In this document: positions 45,253-54,684 of the stretch, piece after piece
How positions within the stretch are numbered: position 1 is the stretch's first letter
How the letters are laid out: every line of letters starts with the position of its first letter
Origin: a virus
Lineage: Duplodnaviria > Caudoviricetes
Virus record (IMG/VR): IMGVR_UViG_3300014818_000012
Location: 1-56,728 of that record
DNA: 56,728 nucleotides
Strand: one strand, 5' to 3'
Notes under the pieces: model-generated
Databases searched by the model: none
Told to the model about the DNA's origin: nothing
What the model saw: the letters and a program-made list of their open reading frames with translations, nothing else
Position numbers and translations under genes: made by a program

Positions 45253-47326
45253 AGGATTCCTCCAATTTAGCAATATGTGCTACCGTACTTGATACCATAT
45301 CATAGCTAGTAGTTTGGTATTGTAGAAAGCCTAAGGTTACAGGGAACACTTCTTCAAGGTAAGCTAAGTCTACGTCCTTGGTAGGCGTATACCTCTTAAG
45401 GATGCTTCCAGCAGTCTCCGCTAGCGACTTAATTGATCCTTCCTCTAATGTACTAGGGTCGGCTATAAAATTGTGGTACGCAGACAGTTCATCATAGTAA
45501 TCCCTAATACTTTCAGGAAAATCTGCCCTAGTACTCTTGTCCATATAGCGTGAGTGTAACGATTTTATTTCCTCTACATTCTTTACGTTAAAAGTTGTAG
45601 TGGTTAACACTTCCGTAATATAGGTCTCCAGGTCCATCCAGTTGCTAAGATCCTTAACGACCTCTTGATATTTTTTTGGTACCCCCATAATTTTTGGAAT
45701 CTCTATACCCATACGTCGCAACTTTGCTGCAGTGCAGCAAAAGGTACGCAAATTATGGGTAGTACTGGTTAGTTCAGGGGTAGTGTTACTAAGTTTCACA
45801 TATAAGTAATCTCGGCTAGTGGTTTCATCTGGTGTTAGTAGACTACTTTTTACCACTGCTCCAAGAGCACCTATAGTGCTAGCATAAAACCCTTTAGCGC
45901 GTTCCAGTGTGGCTGCAGTCTCTGGCGGTACCTCTTTTAGGAAGTCCTCCACTACGGTAGAAGCTAGCTTGTAGTCTACACCTAGGGTGGCTAAGGCCTC
46001 TTTAGCTTGAGTTACTGCTACGTCTAAGTCTCCGCCCTTAACCCGTTGCCAGTATACCACTGAACGGTTTGAGTACTTATAATCAAAAGCTTTCCTGTAG
46101 TTAGTTTTTACATCCACTATTACGTGTAATGCATTAAAAAAATCCCTAGTGGTCATAGGGTTACTTGGTGTTAGGGTTTTTGCTTGCTTATAGTAAGAGC
46201 TCTTGTACGCTATTACTAAGTTGGAGGAAAACCGTGTGTCAAACGCCTCGCTAGCCGTTACATTCATAAAGTGTTTAGACGAACGCCATGTTAGTCCGTC
46301 ATACATATCTTTCATAAGCGTAGAAAAAAAGGGCTCTGGGGTGATTAGGGAAGTAATCTCACTAGGAGCATCTTTGAACAGCATGTAAGCATCTAGCACT
46401 TCTTTATCTGTAGTACCTTCTGCGATAGCAAGTGTTGCCATAAGGACATACTCTGCTTTTATCGTGATGAAAGCGTTGTTTAGGTACTCTACAGTTTCCC
46501 TGTTTAAGGAAAGTGTTTCCCTACCTGGGTTAAACGTTACAGCGCCCGGGTCAGCTTTAATTACCAACCCCCTAAACCCTAGATCCTTCACCCTATCATC
46601 CCAAGGAATAGTGTAAACTACTTGGGACATCACTACAAAGTTGTTTTGGCGATAACCGGAATCGTTTTTTATAAACCAAGTATCAGCCATATGCGTAGAG
46701 GTATCCAGTTCTATATTGATATTCTCTAGGTTAAGCTTTGGTTTATGGTCAAAGTACTTATACAGCTCAGGTGCCCTAGTTACGTACGAGGGAATGTCAT
46801 CTGCGTCTACTGACACCGACAACTTTAGCCCATCTGGCTCAGTGGTAGGCTGACTACCTAAGTTCATAGTACTAGGGACACCATTACTTACGCTTATAGC
46901 GTATGAGTAGTGGGTACCTTTATAAAATGATTCAACAGTAAACGCATTGGATACCGCAAGACCAGCCATTCTTCCTATACCAAAAGTACCGTTGAGCTTG
47001 TTAGAAGATCTTTTGGTGGAAGCACCTAGTTTACTGAACAAGCCTACAATATCCTCTGGGTGTAACCCTGTACCGTAATCCCGTACCGAAAAGTAGCGTT
47101 CTGATAAAGTAGGGATATGTACATTAAATAGTACAGGTTTTTCCGCTACTATGCAGGCGTCACAAGCATTAGTTGACCACTCCCTCATTACTGCAAGGAT
47201 AGGGTCATTATACACATTAGATGTAAGCATCTGGAACATAGACTCATTAACTTCAACGGTAAAACCACTGGTAGTTACTTCATCACTCATACCCTTAACA
47301 TCATTTTTGTATTCTTGTTGAATCAT
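45224..47326 (-). CDS. rIIA: rIIA-like protein (GHKL ATPase)
   Basis: VYNDPILAVMREWSTNACDA, RDYGTG, STK and GTFGIG motifs. Confidence 0.88.
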   Translation of the reverse strand: MIQQEYKNDVKGMSDEVTTSGFTVEVNESMFQMLTSNVYNDPILAVMREWSTNACDACIVAEKPVLFNVHIPTLSERYFSVRDYGTGLHPEDIVGLFSKLGASTKRSSNKLNGTFGIGRMAGLAVSNAFTVESFYKGTHYSYAISVSNGVPSTMNLGSQPTTEPDGLKLSVSVDADDIPSYVTRAPELYKYFDHKPKLNLENINIELDTSTHMADTWFIKNDSGYRQNNFVVMSQVVYTIPWDDRVKDLGFRGLVIKADPGAVTFNPGRETLSLNRETVEYLNNAFITIKAEYVLMATLAIAEGTTDKEVLDAYMLFKDAPSEITSLITPEPFFSTLMKDMYDGLTWRSSKHFMNVTASEAFDTRFSSNLVIAYKSSYYKQAKTLTPSNPMTTRDFFNALHVIVDVKTNYRKAFDYKYSNRSVVYWQRVKGGDLDVAVTQAKEALATLGVDYKLASTVVEDFLKEVPPETAATLERAKGFYASTIGALGAVVKSSLLTPDETTSRDYLYVKLSNTTPELTSTTHNLRTFCCTAAKLRRMGIEIPKIMGVPKKYQEVVKDLSNWMDLETYITEVLTTTTFNVKNVEEIKSLHSRYMDKSTRADFPESIRDYYDELSAYHNFIADPSTLEEGSIKSLAETAGSILKRYTPTKDVDLAYLEEVFPVTLGFLQYQTTSYDMVSSTVAHIAKLEESYALHTSKRQ

Positions 47327-47341
47327 TTTTAGGTTCCTTAT

Positions 47342-49603
47342 TTAGTATAGGCGTCTACCTTGGTCACGTAGTTTTTCCAACCGGTCATCAGCCATTGGTG
47401 ATTCCCAGTAGTCATTAACATCCTCAATTAATAGTAGTATGTCTTCTAAGCTAGCGCCCAAGTCTTGTGCATGTCGCATCATACGGTACATAGATCGTGA
47501 ACCTTCACCGTGACAAGCTTCAAACGCGTACTCGAAAGTAGTTGTAGGGTCATTTAATTGGGCACGTCTTTGTGCAGTAGACATAACTTTATTAGTGTGG
47601 TCTTTCTCCGTTGCCATATCTTTGGCATACATCAAGTAATCACGAGTTTCTATAGGAGCAGCATCAGTGTTGCTGTAAATAGTCCGGCCACCATAAGAGT
47701 AAAATATTTGTGCTTGTGGTAGTGGGTCTGCTTTTAGCCCTAAGTCGTCTGCAATTTTGAGGTAGAAGTGTTTCCAAGCAATCGCATTCAAGTGAACTTC
47801 AGAGTCTAGCTCCAAGAGTACACGAAACTTAAACGCGTTGCTGTTATCACTCGTAAGCGCAATATGGTGGTTAATATCCCCTATCATCATATGAGCTTCT
47901 TCAGCTGATAACGGAGAGTCGTCAATATCAAGAACAACCCACTTAGTACCAGACTCTAGGTTTTCTTTGCGACGTACCCCATCTTTAAACTTAAATGGGG
48001 AAAACGCGTAGTCATAAGCCAGCATTGCCGGTAGGTCTACAAACGCAGTGTCTGCACACTCAAATCCGTAGTTTACGGTCATTGCTATATCTTGCTTAGC
48101 TTGACGTGCCCTAGCGGCATCTCCTGCATCAACAGCAGTGTTAAGCGCAGAGCAATCAATTTCTTTGTATGTAACGTTAATAACGTCTGTCTTAACAATA
48201 GGTTCATAATGTAACGCAGCGCCATCATTAATAACTGAGTATACAGAGTTTTTATCATAGCCTGCACATAGTGACACCATCTCTTTTAACTTAGGTTTAG
48301 ATATGTTATTCATAAACCCTTGTTTTTTAAGGTCATGGGTACTAATTTCTGATGCACCATCTACTAGAGTTTTTATGTGGAAAAAGTCCACTAGTAACTC
48401 ATGTGGGGCTTTATTTAGGTCACGTTCAAACTCCTCCATGTCTTTATCCAGGGTCTCACAAAAGCGGATAGCTTGAATAAAGTGGTCTGCAGTAATCTCG
48501 TCTGAACAATCCATAATAGCAAAAGCACCTGATAACTTTAGGGCTTTCCACTGCAAGTGTCTTCTAATTAAAGCAAAAGTAGAATCTTGGTTAGGCAGTA
48601 AGTCTGCTACATCATTGTTATATCGCTTGTATGTTTTATATAGACGTTCAACGTCTTTACCTACTACAATATCTTCCCCAAGTTTTTGGGTATGATGTTT
48701 AGCAATTGACTCAGCCTCAAGGTCCATACCGACACGAGCTTGCTTAGATTGAACTTCAATAGCTTCTTCATAGTCCCAAAAAGCTTCAAGGGTGTCGAAC
48801 ACCTGTTCTTCAATCTTAGTTGGGGCATAACAAAACCAGCTACGTCGAGCCAGCTTTGACATAAATGCTATGTTAAACTTTTTCTTTGTACTTTCATCAT
48901 ATAATATATGTCCTGGAGAGCCTACAAACAGTGCAGAAACAGGTTGCCCAGTAATAGCCTTAGATCTATGCTCTATGGACTTAGTGTATTTTACTTCCTT
49001 ATCCCCAGTGTCATAAATTTCTGACAACGTTTTAATGTTCTCTACCATGTCCTGGTTGTACGCTAGCTCATCAGAGAATTCTCCTGAGTACATAAACCCT
49101 GCACCTACACCAATATCTCCAATATCATTAATATGTTGGATAAGCCCGGGGCCTGTAGTAGGCATAATGTCCACAGGGGGCACTGGGCGCAAATATGGGC
49201 GGTATATAGCTTCATCCTTAGGATTGGGTAGACCTTCAGCTTTAGCCTCCTCTATTGCCGCAGAAACAGCTGCTCTAAGGGATACATCTTCTACTAGGGC
49301 ATAACCCTTAGTAAAGCATTTACGCGCTGCTTTTACTGAAGAGTCTTTACCAGCACCGGAACCCGTGATTACAAACGAGATAGCGTTGATAGGCACTTCA
49401 GTATGCTCATCCCACAGTTTAATGTTACGTCTAAATTGGCTGGCAAAAGCTGTTACTTGTGCTACAGCAACTACGGCTTTCATCCTAGGGTCAATAGTAG
49501 GAAAGCTAATAGCACTAATGACGTTTTTTATGTACTTGTTCTGGTCTGTAGTAAAAGCACCCGCCTCTGACAGTAGTTCTTTTGTTTGTATTAACATACT
49601 CAT
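47342..49603 (-). CDS. Helicase-primase fusion (N-terminal P-loop NTPase, C-terminal AEP-like primase)
   Basis: GSGAGKDS Walker A; C-terminal VLDIDD, HIALTS and KFRVLL motifs with a helical tail. Confidence 0.72.
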   Translation of the reverse strand: MSMLIQTKELLSEAGAFTTDQNKYIKNVISAISFPTIDPRMKAVVAVAQVTAFASQFRRNIKLWDEHTEVPINAISFVITGSGAGKDSSVKAARKCFTKGYALVEDVSLRAAVSAAIEEAKAEGLPNPKDEAIYRPYLRPVPPVDIMPTTGPGLIQHINDIGDIGVGAGFMYSGEFSDELAYNQDMVENIKTLSEIYDTGDKEVKYTKSIEHRSKAITGQPVSALFVGSPGHILYDESTKKKFNIAFMSKLARRSWFCYAPTKIEEQVFDTLEAFWDYEEAIEVQSKQARVGMDLEAESIAKHHTQKLGEDIVVGKDVERLYKTYKRYNNDVADLLPNQDSTFALIRRHLQWKALKLSGAFAIMDCSDEITADHFIQAIRFCETLDKDMEEFERDLNKAPHELLVDFFHIKTLVDGASEISTHDLKKQGFMNNISKPKLKEMVSLCAGYDKNSVYSVINDGAALHYEPIVKTDVINVTYKEIDCSALNTAVDAGDAARARQAKQDIAMTVNYGFECADTAFVDLPAMLAYDYAFSPFKFKDGVRRKENLESGTKWVVLDIDDSPLSAEEAHMMIGDINHHIALTSDNSNAFKFRVLLELDSEVHLNAIAWKHFYLKIADDLGLKADPLPQAQIFYSYGGRTIYSNTDAAPIETRDYLMYAKDMATEKDHTNKVMSTAQRRAQLNDPTTTFEYAFEACHGEGSRSMYRMMRHAQDLGASLEDILLLIEDVNDYWESPMADDRLEKLRDQGRRLY

Positions 49604-49869
49604 AGCATATGCTCCGGGTAGTGTTTTTTATTATATTCAAGTTGTCGGCTAACTACTATCACTTGGTCAGCACGCTTACGCATAGCCTTAGGGGCCTCTA
49701 CATACAAATTGCTTTTAGCGTCGTAGGACCACGCGTTTACTGTCACGTAGATAGCCTTAGCGGTTACTCTGTCCACTTTAGAGATATCTGTCATACTAGC
49801 GGAGCAGTAACTATTAGTGAGTACCGTCATTCCTTTTTCTATAGGGTGTCCTAATATATCAATGTGCAT
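49600..49869 (-). CDS. Hypothetical protein (89 aa)
   Basis: GGAGG RBS; DILGHPIEKG start. Confidence 0.7.
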   Translation of the reverse strand: MHIDILGHPIEKGMTVLTNSYCSASMTDISKVDRVTAKAIYVTVNAWSYDAKSNLYVEAPKAMRKRADQVIVVSRQLEYNKKHYPEHML

Positions 49870-49881
49870 AAAACCTCCGTA

Positions 49882-50124
49882 TTATAAGAACTGTTCGATG
49901 AATAGGTCTTTTGTCATACTACCTACGTGCGTTGTTTTTATTTCGTTGTCATCGGTAACTAGGATTAGTGTAGGTACTCCTCTAACTTTATACTTCTGGG
50001 CTTTCGCCATATCCTCGTCTATATTAATTACCTCTACTTCATAAGGTATTTCAATACCACTTAGTACTTTAGTTAAGTTTTTACATGGTTGACACCATGG
50101 AGCTTCAAATTTTAATAGTTTCAT
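49882..50124 (-). CDS. Thioredoxin
   Basis: WCQPC active site and VRGVPT. Confidence 0.92.
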   Translation of the reverse strand: MKLLKFEAPWCQPCKNLTKVLSGIEIPYEVEVINIDEDMAKAQKYKVRGVPTLILVTDDNEIKTTHVGSMTKDLFIEQFL

Positions 50125-50157
50125 AATTGCACCTGTGTTGGTTTTTTTACTCTTTTA

Positions 50158-50562
50158 CTATCGGTAAAAGATATGATTGTTTATCTGGACAGTTTTTTGG
50201 TAGTGGCTTGCCCAGTAGGGAGAAACTAGCGTACTATGGTAATACAGAGAGTTTTCCGTAATATCAAAGGTACCTTCTAGTAGTACTACTTCCGCCACAC
50301 TCCTAGCTTTTCCCCACTCCTCGTAGTTTGAAATCCTGTCAGACTTTCCGTCACACCACCAACTAAAATGGCATTTATAGCGCACAGGATGTCCGTTGTG
50401 ATACTTTCCTTGGTGTACTACACCGCAGACCGTATTTGGGAATTGAGGCGCTTTAACACGGTTCAGGACCACTTGTGCTACGGCTACTCTCCCGGCTACA
50501 GGCTCACCCCTAGCTTCATGGTATATATTCGTAGCCATGCACATAATAGCTGTTTCTAACAT
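50158..50562 (-). CDS. SleB-like cell wall hydrolase
   Basis: NIYHEARGE, VVLNRV, FSW and HIFY motifs. Confidence 0.92.
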   Translation of the reverse strand: MLETAIMCMATNIYHEARGEPVAGRVAVAQVVLNRVKAPQFPNTVCGVVHQGKYHNGHPVRYKCHFSWWCDGKSDRISNYEEWGKARSVAEVVLLEGTFDITENSLYYHSTLVSPYWASHYQKTVQINNHIFYR

Positions 50563-50598
50563 AATAGGACTCTTTTCAATTACTTGGATGGCAGAGAT

Positions 50599-50622
50599 AA
50601 AAAAAGCCTCCGAAGAAGCTTT
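50599..50622 (-). terminator. Intrinsic terminator after phoH
   Basis: Minus strand AAAGCTTC-TTCG-GAGGCTTTTTTT. Confidence 0.85.
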
Positions 50623-50642
50623 AGTTACGCGATAACTTTTGT

Positions 50643-51356
50643 TTACTTATACCCGTCCGGGTATAGTTTATGCTTAGTTTTGATATACTTACCTACTAGG
50701 CCACTTCTTACAATATCATTTTCACCAAAATAAGTAAAATCAAAATCGTCTACCATAGCTTCTAGCACTTTTAGCAGCACTTCAATGTTCTTTTCTGCGT
50801 GCTTACTTAAATCCCGTTGAAGTATGTCTCCACAAAGGATAAGCTTACTACTAGCGCCTACCCTAGTTACAACAGAGTCCGCTTCATGGGCTGTCATATT
50901 TTGGACTTCATCCACAATAATAATAGCCTTATCTAATGTTATACCACGGATAACTGAGGTGGTAATAAACTCGATACACCTGTGCTTCTTTAGGATCTCA
51001 TAGGCGTCCCCTCTTCCGAATAACTCATTACAGATAGACATATAAGGGAGCTCATAAACTGCAGATTTTTCTGCTAGGGTGCCTGGAAGGAAACCAACGT
51101 CTCTTGTCGGTACTGCTGATCTGACAATTATAATCCTTTGGTATTTAGACTTAGGATTATTAATTTCTTCAAGGGCACTAGCTAAGGCCATAAATGTCTT
51201 ACCGGTACCTGGGTACCCTAGCAAGACTTGGGATTTCCCTCTTTCATAGTTCTCAAAGAATACTGACTGGTTACCCGTCATGGGTGAAATTTCTTTCATT
51301 GCTAAGTGGTTGTCATCTAACTGTGATTTTTTAGATTTGTGTTTAGTTTTAGCCAT
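50643..51356 (-). CDS. phoH: PhoH-like ATPase
   Basis: GYPGTGKT, GFLPG, RGIT, DEVQN and GD..QRD motifs; start placed at ATG 51356. Confidence 0.93.
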   Translation of the reverse strand: MAKTKHKSKKSQLDDNHLAMKEISPMTGNQSVFFENYERGKSQVLLGYPGTGKTFMALASALEEINNPKSKYQRIIIVRSAVPTRDVGFLPGTLAEKSAVYELPYMSICNELFGRGDAYEILKKHRCIEFITTSVIRGITLDKAIIIVDEVQNMTAHEADSVVTRVGASSKLILCGDILQRDLSKHAEKNIEVLLKVLEAMVDDFDFTYFGENDIVRSGLVGKYIKTKHKLYPDGYK

Positions 51357-51429
51357 GGTAGCCCTACATTGGTGTAAAGGAGAAGTGGAAGATCCAAGTA
51401 TACTATACAACAGTAAGGCTAGCCAGGGG

Positions 51430-52107
51430 TTAATCCTGTACTACGTATTTTTCTGCAAGGGGAAAAATTGCTGTAATTGCCTGGGCACAAGCCCTAGCAA
51501 CTTCAATATGCTCTTTTTGGGTACCATTACCTGATCGCAACTCTATAAAGTGAATCCACGATCGTATAGTCCCCTGCATGTACAACCTAGATTTTGTATT
51601 TCCTTCCGGAAGTACCACTCTAGCCTGTTCTTTAGCAATACCTTTTTCAATTGCCCACTCATATACTTCCTTAGCAGCCTCAATCACCTTAGTTTGTTGT
51701 AACGCCCATTCAGACTCTAGACCTAAGTCATCATTGTCAACAGAGTTTTGGCGGTTCTTTACATCTTGAAGACGAGCTTCCCGAAGTACAAACTGTTCAC
51801 CAAATGCGGCTGGGTCTGCATAACGCTGAGAGAACTCTTGAAATGCAAAGGAACGATGTCGAAGCATCTGTCGTGCAATATCCCGGGTAGTGTCAATTTC
51901 CAGAGTAGCAGAAGCCATCTCAAATGGGGACCAGTGCTTATGTTTAGCTAGGTACCCTAGTAGTTTTTCTGTTGTTTCCATGTTTATTTGGTTAGAAGGA
52001 TTTGACACTCGGGCACAGAATGATACTAAGTCTTGTACAGACTCCATATTTAGCTCTTTGTCCAAGCCTTCTGCAGGTTGTGTGTAACCAATTAGTTTTA
52101 CTTGCAT
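51430..52107 (-). CDS. thyX: Flavin-dependent thymidylate synthase
   Basis: HWSPFE and RHRSFAFQEFSQRY motifs. Confidence 0.96.
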   Translation of the reverse strand: MQVKLIGYTQPAEGLDKELNMESVQDLVSFCARVSNPSNQINMETTEKLLGYLAKHKHWSPFEMASATLEIDTTRDIARQMLRHRSFAFQEFSQRYADPAAFGEQFVLREARLQDVKNRQNSVDNDDLGLESEWALQQTKVIEAAKEVYEWAIEKGIAKEQARVVLPEGNTKSRLYMQGTIRSWIHFIELRSGNGTQKEHIEVARACAQAITAIFPLAEKYVVQD

Positions 52108-52108
52108 A

Positions 52109-53410
52109 TTAACCTCGTTTTAATGATACTATCTTTAAGAATAGTGCTTTATTGTTATGTACTCTGTCAAGTTTAGCTAACTTGGCATATAGTGCTATGT
52201 CACTGCTTTGCATAGACTTAAGGGTGGCAGCTAGGTTTTCTAGAGGTAAGGAATATAAGTAGACTAGCATAGGCAAGCACTCCTCATCGGATTTTCCTTT
52301 ACCTAGGTACTCCGCTATAAATGTTTCGGCATACTCAAGTTTTTTAATAGCATCTACATCTTTCATTACTACTGCTATACCATCTGCAGTATCCTGAATA
52401 GGTGCGTCTTTATTTTTCTTAACAGCAGCTTTCACTAGTTTACGTAGTGTTTGGTAGTTCATACCAGATCCATAGGATGTATAAAACATAATAAACTGAG
52501 CGGCTAGTGAAGAACCTACCGTACCTTTAATGTAGTGGCTCATAATGTCTTTTGGTGTGTCTTCTAATCTATCTATGTAGTTAGCTAACCTAGTCCAGGA
52601 TCTTGGTGAGGCTCCTTTACTTCCATCTTTAGGCTCAAAGTGGAACTTGCTTTGATTCTCTATAAGAAAATCAATAACGACTTGGCTAACCTTATTTTCT
52701 TTAGCCCAACGTGTCCAAATTTTAAGGTCTGGAGTAACTTCACAGTCTACGAAACGGTCTAACAACGCTGGATCAAATTCCTGTACTGTGTAGGCACCGT
52801 CTGCTGGGTTAACAGCAGCTACCACAAGCGTTTCCTGCCCTCTAACTAGAGGTAACTCATGTGAGTGTAGTTTATGGTCTAATATTAGTTGTAGTGATGC
52901 ATTTAGTATGTCTGAAGGAGCACGATTAAACTCATCAAGAAAAAGAACTGAACGACGACTGTCTAAGTTACGTACATTATCTTGACGTAGTATTTGAAGT
53001 CTGTCATTAGGTAACTTGTAAAATTCACAGTATGCAGTATTTAGACTTTCACGCCCTGAAAACGGGGAAGAGTCTTTTTTTAGTAGGTACTCTTGAAAGT
53101 CTTTATCCATAAACTGTAATCTGTCTAATGTGAATTTTTGTGGCCACGCTGCATTAACAATATTACTATACCAGCTAGGGGCTGCCCACAATGTAGACAT
53201 CATTCCGTTTACACGTTCTGTAACGGGTAATCCTAACATGTCTCCTGTGTCCATCAATGACAGTATGAGTGGCTCGAAGTGCATGTCTTGTTCTTTTGCG
53301 TACTGTGATGCAGACTCTGATTTACCAACACCATGGCGGCCTTTAATAAGGGGCACATGGCCGCATACATCAGCTGCTGCGATGAGGTTTTTAATTTCTG
53401 TGATATTGAT
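52109..53410 (-). CDS. MoxR-like AAA+ ATPase
   Basis: GRHGVGKS, LFLDEFNRA, DPALLDRF and SPRSW motifs; start either ATC 53410 (AAGGAG RBS) or TTG 53440. Confidence 0.88.
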   Translation of the reverse strand: MNITEIKNLIAAADVCGHVPLIKGRHGVGKSESASQYAKEQDMHFEPLILSLMDTGDMLGLPVTERVNGMMSTLWAAPSWYSNIVNAAWPQKFTLDRLQFMDKDFQEYLLKKDSSPFSGRESLNTAYCEFYKLPNDRLQILRQDNVRNLDSRRSVLFLDEFNRAPSDILNASLQLILDHKLHSHELPLVRGQETLVVAAVNPADGAYTVQEFDPALLDRFVDCEVTPDLKIWTRWAKENKVSQVVIDFLIENQSKFHFEPKDGSKGASPRSWTRLANYIDRLEDTPKDIMSHYIKGTVGSSLAAQFIMFYTSYGSGMNYQTLRKLVKAAVKKNKDAPIQDTADGIAVVMKDVDAIKKLEYAETFIAEYLGKGKSDEECLPMLVYLYSLPLENLAATLKSMQSSDIALYAKLAKLDRVHNNKALFLKIVSLKRG

Positions 53411-53420
53411 AGTATTCTCC

Positions 53421-54110
53421 TTATAGGTATACCCAAGCAAAACCTCCAGCGGTTTTACGGGTACCTTTGCATGTTTGTGTTATGTTTGAATGATTGATGC
53501 TTAACTGTTCAGATGCTTCTTTAGCACTGCTATATATGATACTAGTTTCTATACATTTAACAGGTTTACCCACAGGTGGTCTAAGATTTTTTATTCCGTG
53601 AGTTTTGCCTTTATTTGCTTTGGATATTTTATCTTTGGTAGCGTCAGACATGGAGCTCCCTAGCTTAGCTACGCTCATTTTCTTTTTTGTTTCTTCAGAC
53701 ATTATGTTACCTGTGCTAGCTTCTGAGATTTTTCGTTTAGTTTCTTCAGATACTACTTTACCTGTGTTGCCTAAGCTGATATTTTTTCTGTGCTGTTCAG
53801 GTAAAGTACGTCCTAGCGAAGCTTTACTGTTTCCTCCTCCTATAAGTATGTTCCATCCTATAGCAAATGAAGGTCTATAGTAGTTCTCTTTAGTTTCGCA
53901 GTCTGCGTAATCCCCGCTAAATACTACTTCCCATACAAGATTGTCTGCACCATAAGCTTTTATAGCATTGGCTAGGTGTAAGCATCTTCCTGAAGTTTTG
54001 TGAGAGTTCCAACGCTTTTCTGTATTATTAGTAATTCCCACATAGCCTTCAGAATAAATATCTGTATGGTTTTTCTTATGAATCCAGTAAACAAAGCCTT
54101 GCATAGTCAA
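53421..54110 (-). mobile_element. Free-standing GIY-YIG homing endonuclease gene with NUMOD3 repeats
   Basis: GFVY...YVGIT...R, repeated SEETKRKIS units, C-terminal NUMOD1-like HTH. Confidence 0.9.
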
Positions 54111-54130
54111 ATCCCCAAAGGTAAATGACT

Positions 54131-54158
54131 ATTATAAAGGTTAATTGTCTAAAGTGAA
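54131..54158 (-). promoter_or_regulatory. Promoter in front of the endonuclease gene
   Basis: Minus strand TTCACT-16 nt-TATAAT. Confidence 0.6.
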
Positions 54159-54184
54159 ATCTCTTTGACTTCTTTAATATTCAT
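54149..54184 (-). pseudogene. Orphaned original 5' end of the AAA+ gene (MNIKEVKEISL*)
   Basis: AGAGAG RBS; aligns with INITEIKNL at the present AAA+ start. Confidence 0.65.
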
Positions 54185-54258
54185 AGTAACTCTCTATGTT
54201 AGATTTCTTTGGCGGAGTAAAGGGTGCTAATAGCTAAAAGACTCCGGGAATTATTTGT

Positions 54259-54669
54259 TTACCACCAAGCGCTATAAAGGATATAGTCACCTGATTTTAT
54301 AGCGTCTTTGGCTTCTGCTATCCAAGCTAGGTCTAGTAGTGTACTCTCGTCATCAGGAGGATTGCTGCCAAAAAAGAACCCAGTAGTACTAGGTAATGTA
54401 CCTTCCCTAACTTGTTCTTCTAAGGAATCTAGGTCATGTAAGGTTAAGTTTAGGTCTACGGCATTAAACCCAGCTGCACCATCTGTAAATCCTTTCTTTT
54501 CTGCAATACTAAACATAGCCCCATGTAAATCATGGTGCTTTCTCCAGTACATTACTTCTTCTAAAACTTCATCATTTTTTACAGGTAGGGAGTATCCCTC
54601 ATAATCTTCTGGTACTTCTTCCGATAGCTGCTCTTTTTCAACTCGGTAACTGTACATATCTAAGCCCAT
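54259..54669 (-). CDS. Conserved hypothetical phage protein
   Basis: MGLDMY...YWRK...LH...GFFFG...W pattern; AAGGAG RBS. Confidence 0.8.
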   Translation of the reverse strand: MGLDMYSYRVEKEQLSEEVPEDYEGYSLPVKNDEVLEEVMYWRKHHDLHGAMFSIAEKKGFTDGAAGFNAVDLNLTLHDLDSLEEQVREGTLPSTTGFFFGSNPPDDESTLLDLAWIAEAKDAIKSGDYILYSAWW

Positions 54670-54684
54670 TATGTGCTCCTTATT

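Noticed and set aside
53411-54160. Group I intron in the AAA+ gene
   Set aside because: The endonuclease ORF fills nearly the whole insert, leaving no room for an intron core, and the N-terminus is duplicated rather than interrupted
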